This document shows, in pieces, positions 35,331 through 35,994 of a DNA stretch of 35,994 nt. The DNA is taken from the NCBI GenBank assembly GCA_038851325.1, contig JAWCKZ010000009.1, positions 1 through 35,994 of the forward strand, given 5' to 3'. The notes beneath the pieces are model-generated. The model was not told where the DNA came from. It worked only from the letters and a program-made list of their open reading frames with translations, and did not search any database. Source of the stretch: Candidatus Bilamarchaeaceae archaeon (GTDB lineage: Archaea; Micrarchaeota; Micrarchaeia; Anstonellales; Bilamarchaeaceae). Every line of letters starts with the position of its first letter. Positions within the stretch are counted from its first letter, which is position 1. Made by a program: the position numbers and the translations under genes.

Positions 35331-35994
35331 TTATTCGTTTTGAATAGGCGTTTTGATTTTAAGGTAGAATTGTAATCCCAGTCCTTTGGGTAGCAATCCT
35401 GAGAGTGCATCGTCACTTTTGTTGCGTATGGTTTTATAGTATACTTCAAAGCCAACTTCGAATGGGCCATATAGTTTAAATTCACTACCGACCCCAAACG
35501 TAAGCGTATCTTTTTTCTCTCCACCAACCTTAGTGCTCTTATATTGGTAGGTGCCAGAGCCAAATATGTTGAAGTTCTTATGAGTAAGGCCGAGATAAAG
35601 AGTCACAAACGGGCTCATGTTTTCTATTTCTCCTACGTAAAGAGTATTTCCAGCGGTTAAAAGGGTTGTTATAGTCGCTTTTTCAAGTTTTTCAGAGAGT
35701 CCCATCCCTCCAAATAACGCCGGAACGAATTGTGCATAAGTTTCATCATAAGCAATAGTTAGAGGAGTCTGGAGTGTCATTCCGCCAATAGTGATATACT
35801 GATGTTTTTCAGATATGGGTATTTTGAGCTGCATTCCTCCACCTATAGAATTAATCCGCGTGATTTGTGTTTTTGAGAGTTCTTTCCCTTCCTCAGTTGT
35901 CAATCTTGCCATCCCAGTGTTTCCGTCGATGAATATATAGAGCGTGCCCCCTTTTCTGAATTTTAAGCCTAACAAGAGGCTGCCTTCCACACCT
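35331..35994 (-). CDS. Partial beta-strand-rich protein, outer-membrane beta-barrel-like
   Basis: Frame is open to the window edge; successive amphipathic strands with aromatic and Gly residues (FVTLYLGL, FNIFGSGTYQY, LTFGVGSEFK, FEVGFEVYY, LGLQFYLKI). Confidence 0.6.
   Translation of the reverse strand, partial: GVEGSLLLGLKFRKGGTLYIFIDGNTGMARLTTEEGKELSKTQITRINSIGGGMQLKIPISEKHQYITIGGMTLQTPLTIAYDETYAQFVPALFGGMGLSEKLEKATITTLLTAGNTLYVGEIENMSPFVTLYLGLTHKNFNIFGSGTYQYKSTKVGGEKKDTLTFGVGSEFKLYGPFEVGFEVYYKTIRNKSDDALSGLLPKGLGLQFYLKIKTPIQNE

Overview
Archaeal genomic window. A DPANN lineage, most likely Micrarchaeota, is inferred from the gene set, the TATA/BRE promoters and tRNAs with non-canonical BHB introns. 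Positions ~1-5.6 kb are a decaying accessory/defence island: truncated ABC ATPase, AAA+/DUF4143 ATPase, an AT-rich DGQHR protein fused to a GIY-YIG nuclease domain, a frameshifted PD-(D/E)XK nuclease, a methyltransferase relic and an AbiE-like wHTH/nucleotidyltransferase pair with a palindromic operator. The remainder is mostly core: wHTH-hsp20-grpE-dnaK-dnaJ, purM, dph6, ino1, pepA, nfo, alaS, cupin pgi, pus10, a GT-B glycosyltransferase, rpoE1-spt4 followed by four class III signal-peptide (pilin-like) genes, an aminotransferase, an ACT protein, a DUF59 protein, a beta-CASP RNase, a Cys-rich Ig-like surface protein and a partial beta-barrel-like ORF. Two multi-intron tRNAs (Ser-CGA, Met-CAT) lie hidden under spurious ORFs. 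The most striking unannotated signal is a ~46-49 nt hairpin micro-element (GAGGTTGG-stem-CCTC, with a compensatory base pair). It occurs twice in the tRNA-Ser leader and once inside the tRNA-Met intron, next to a duplicated GAGGT site at both loci. The Met intron also carries a D-box guide that targets its own C34. An 82-nt structured ncRNA candidate is also present. All protein calls are by motif recognition; no database searches were run.
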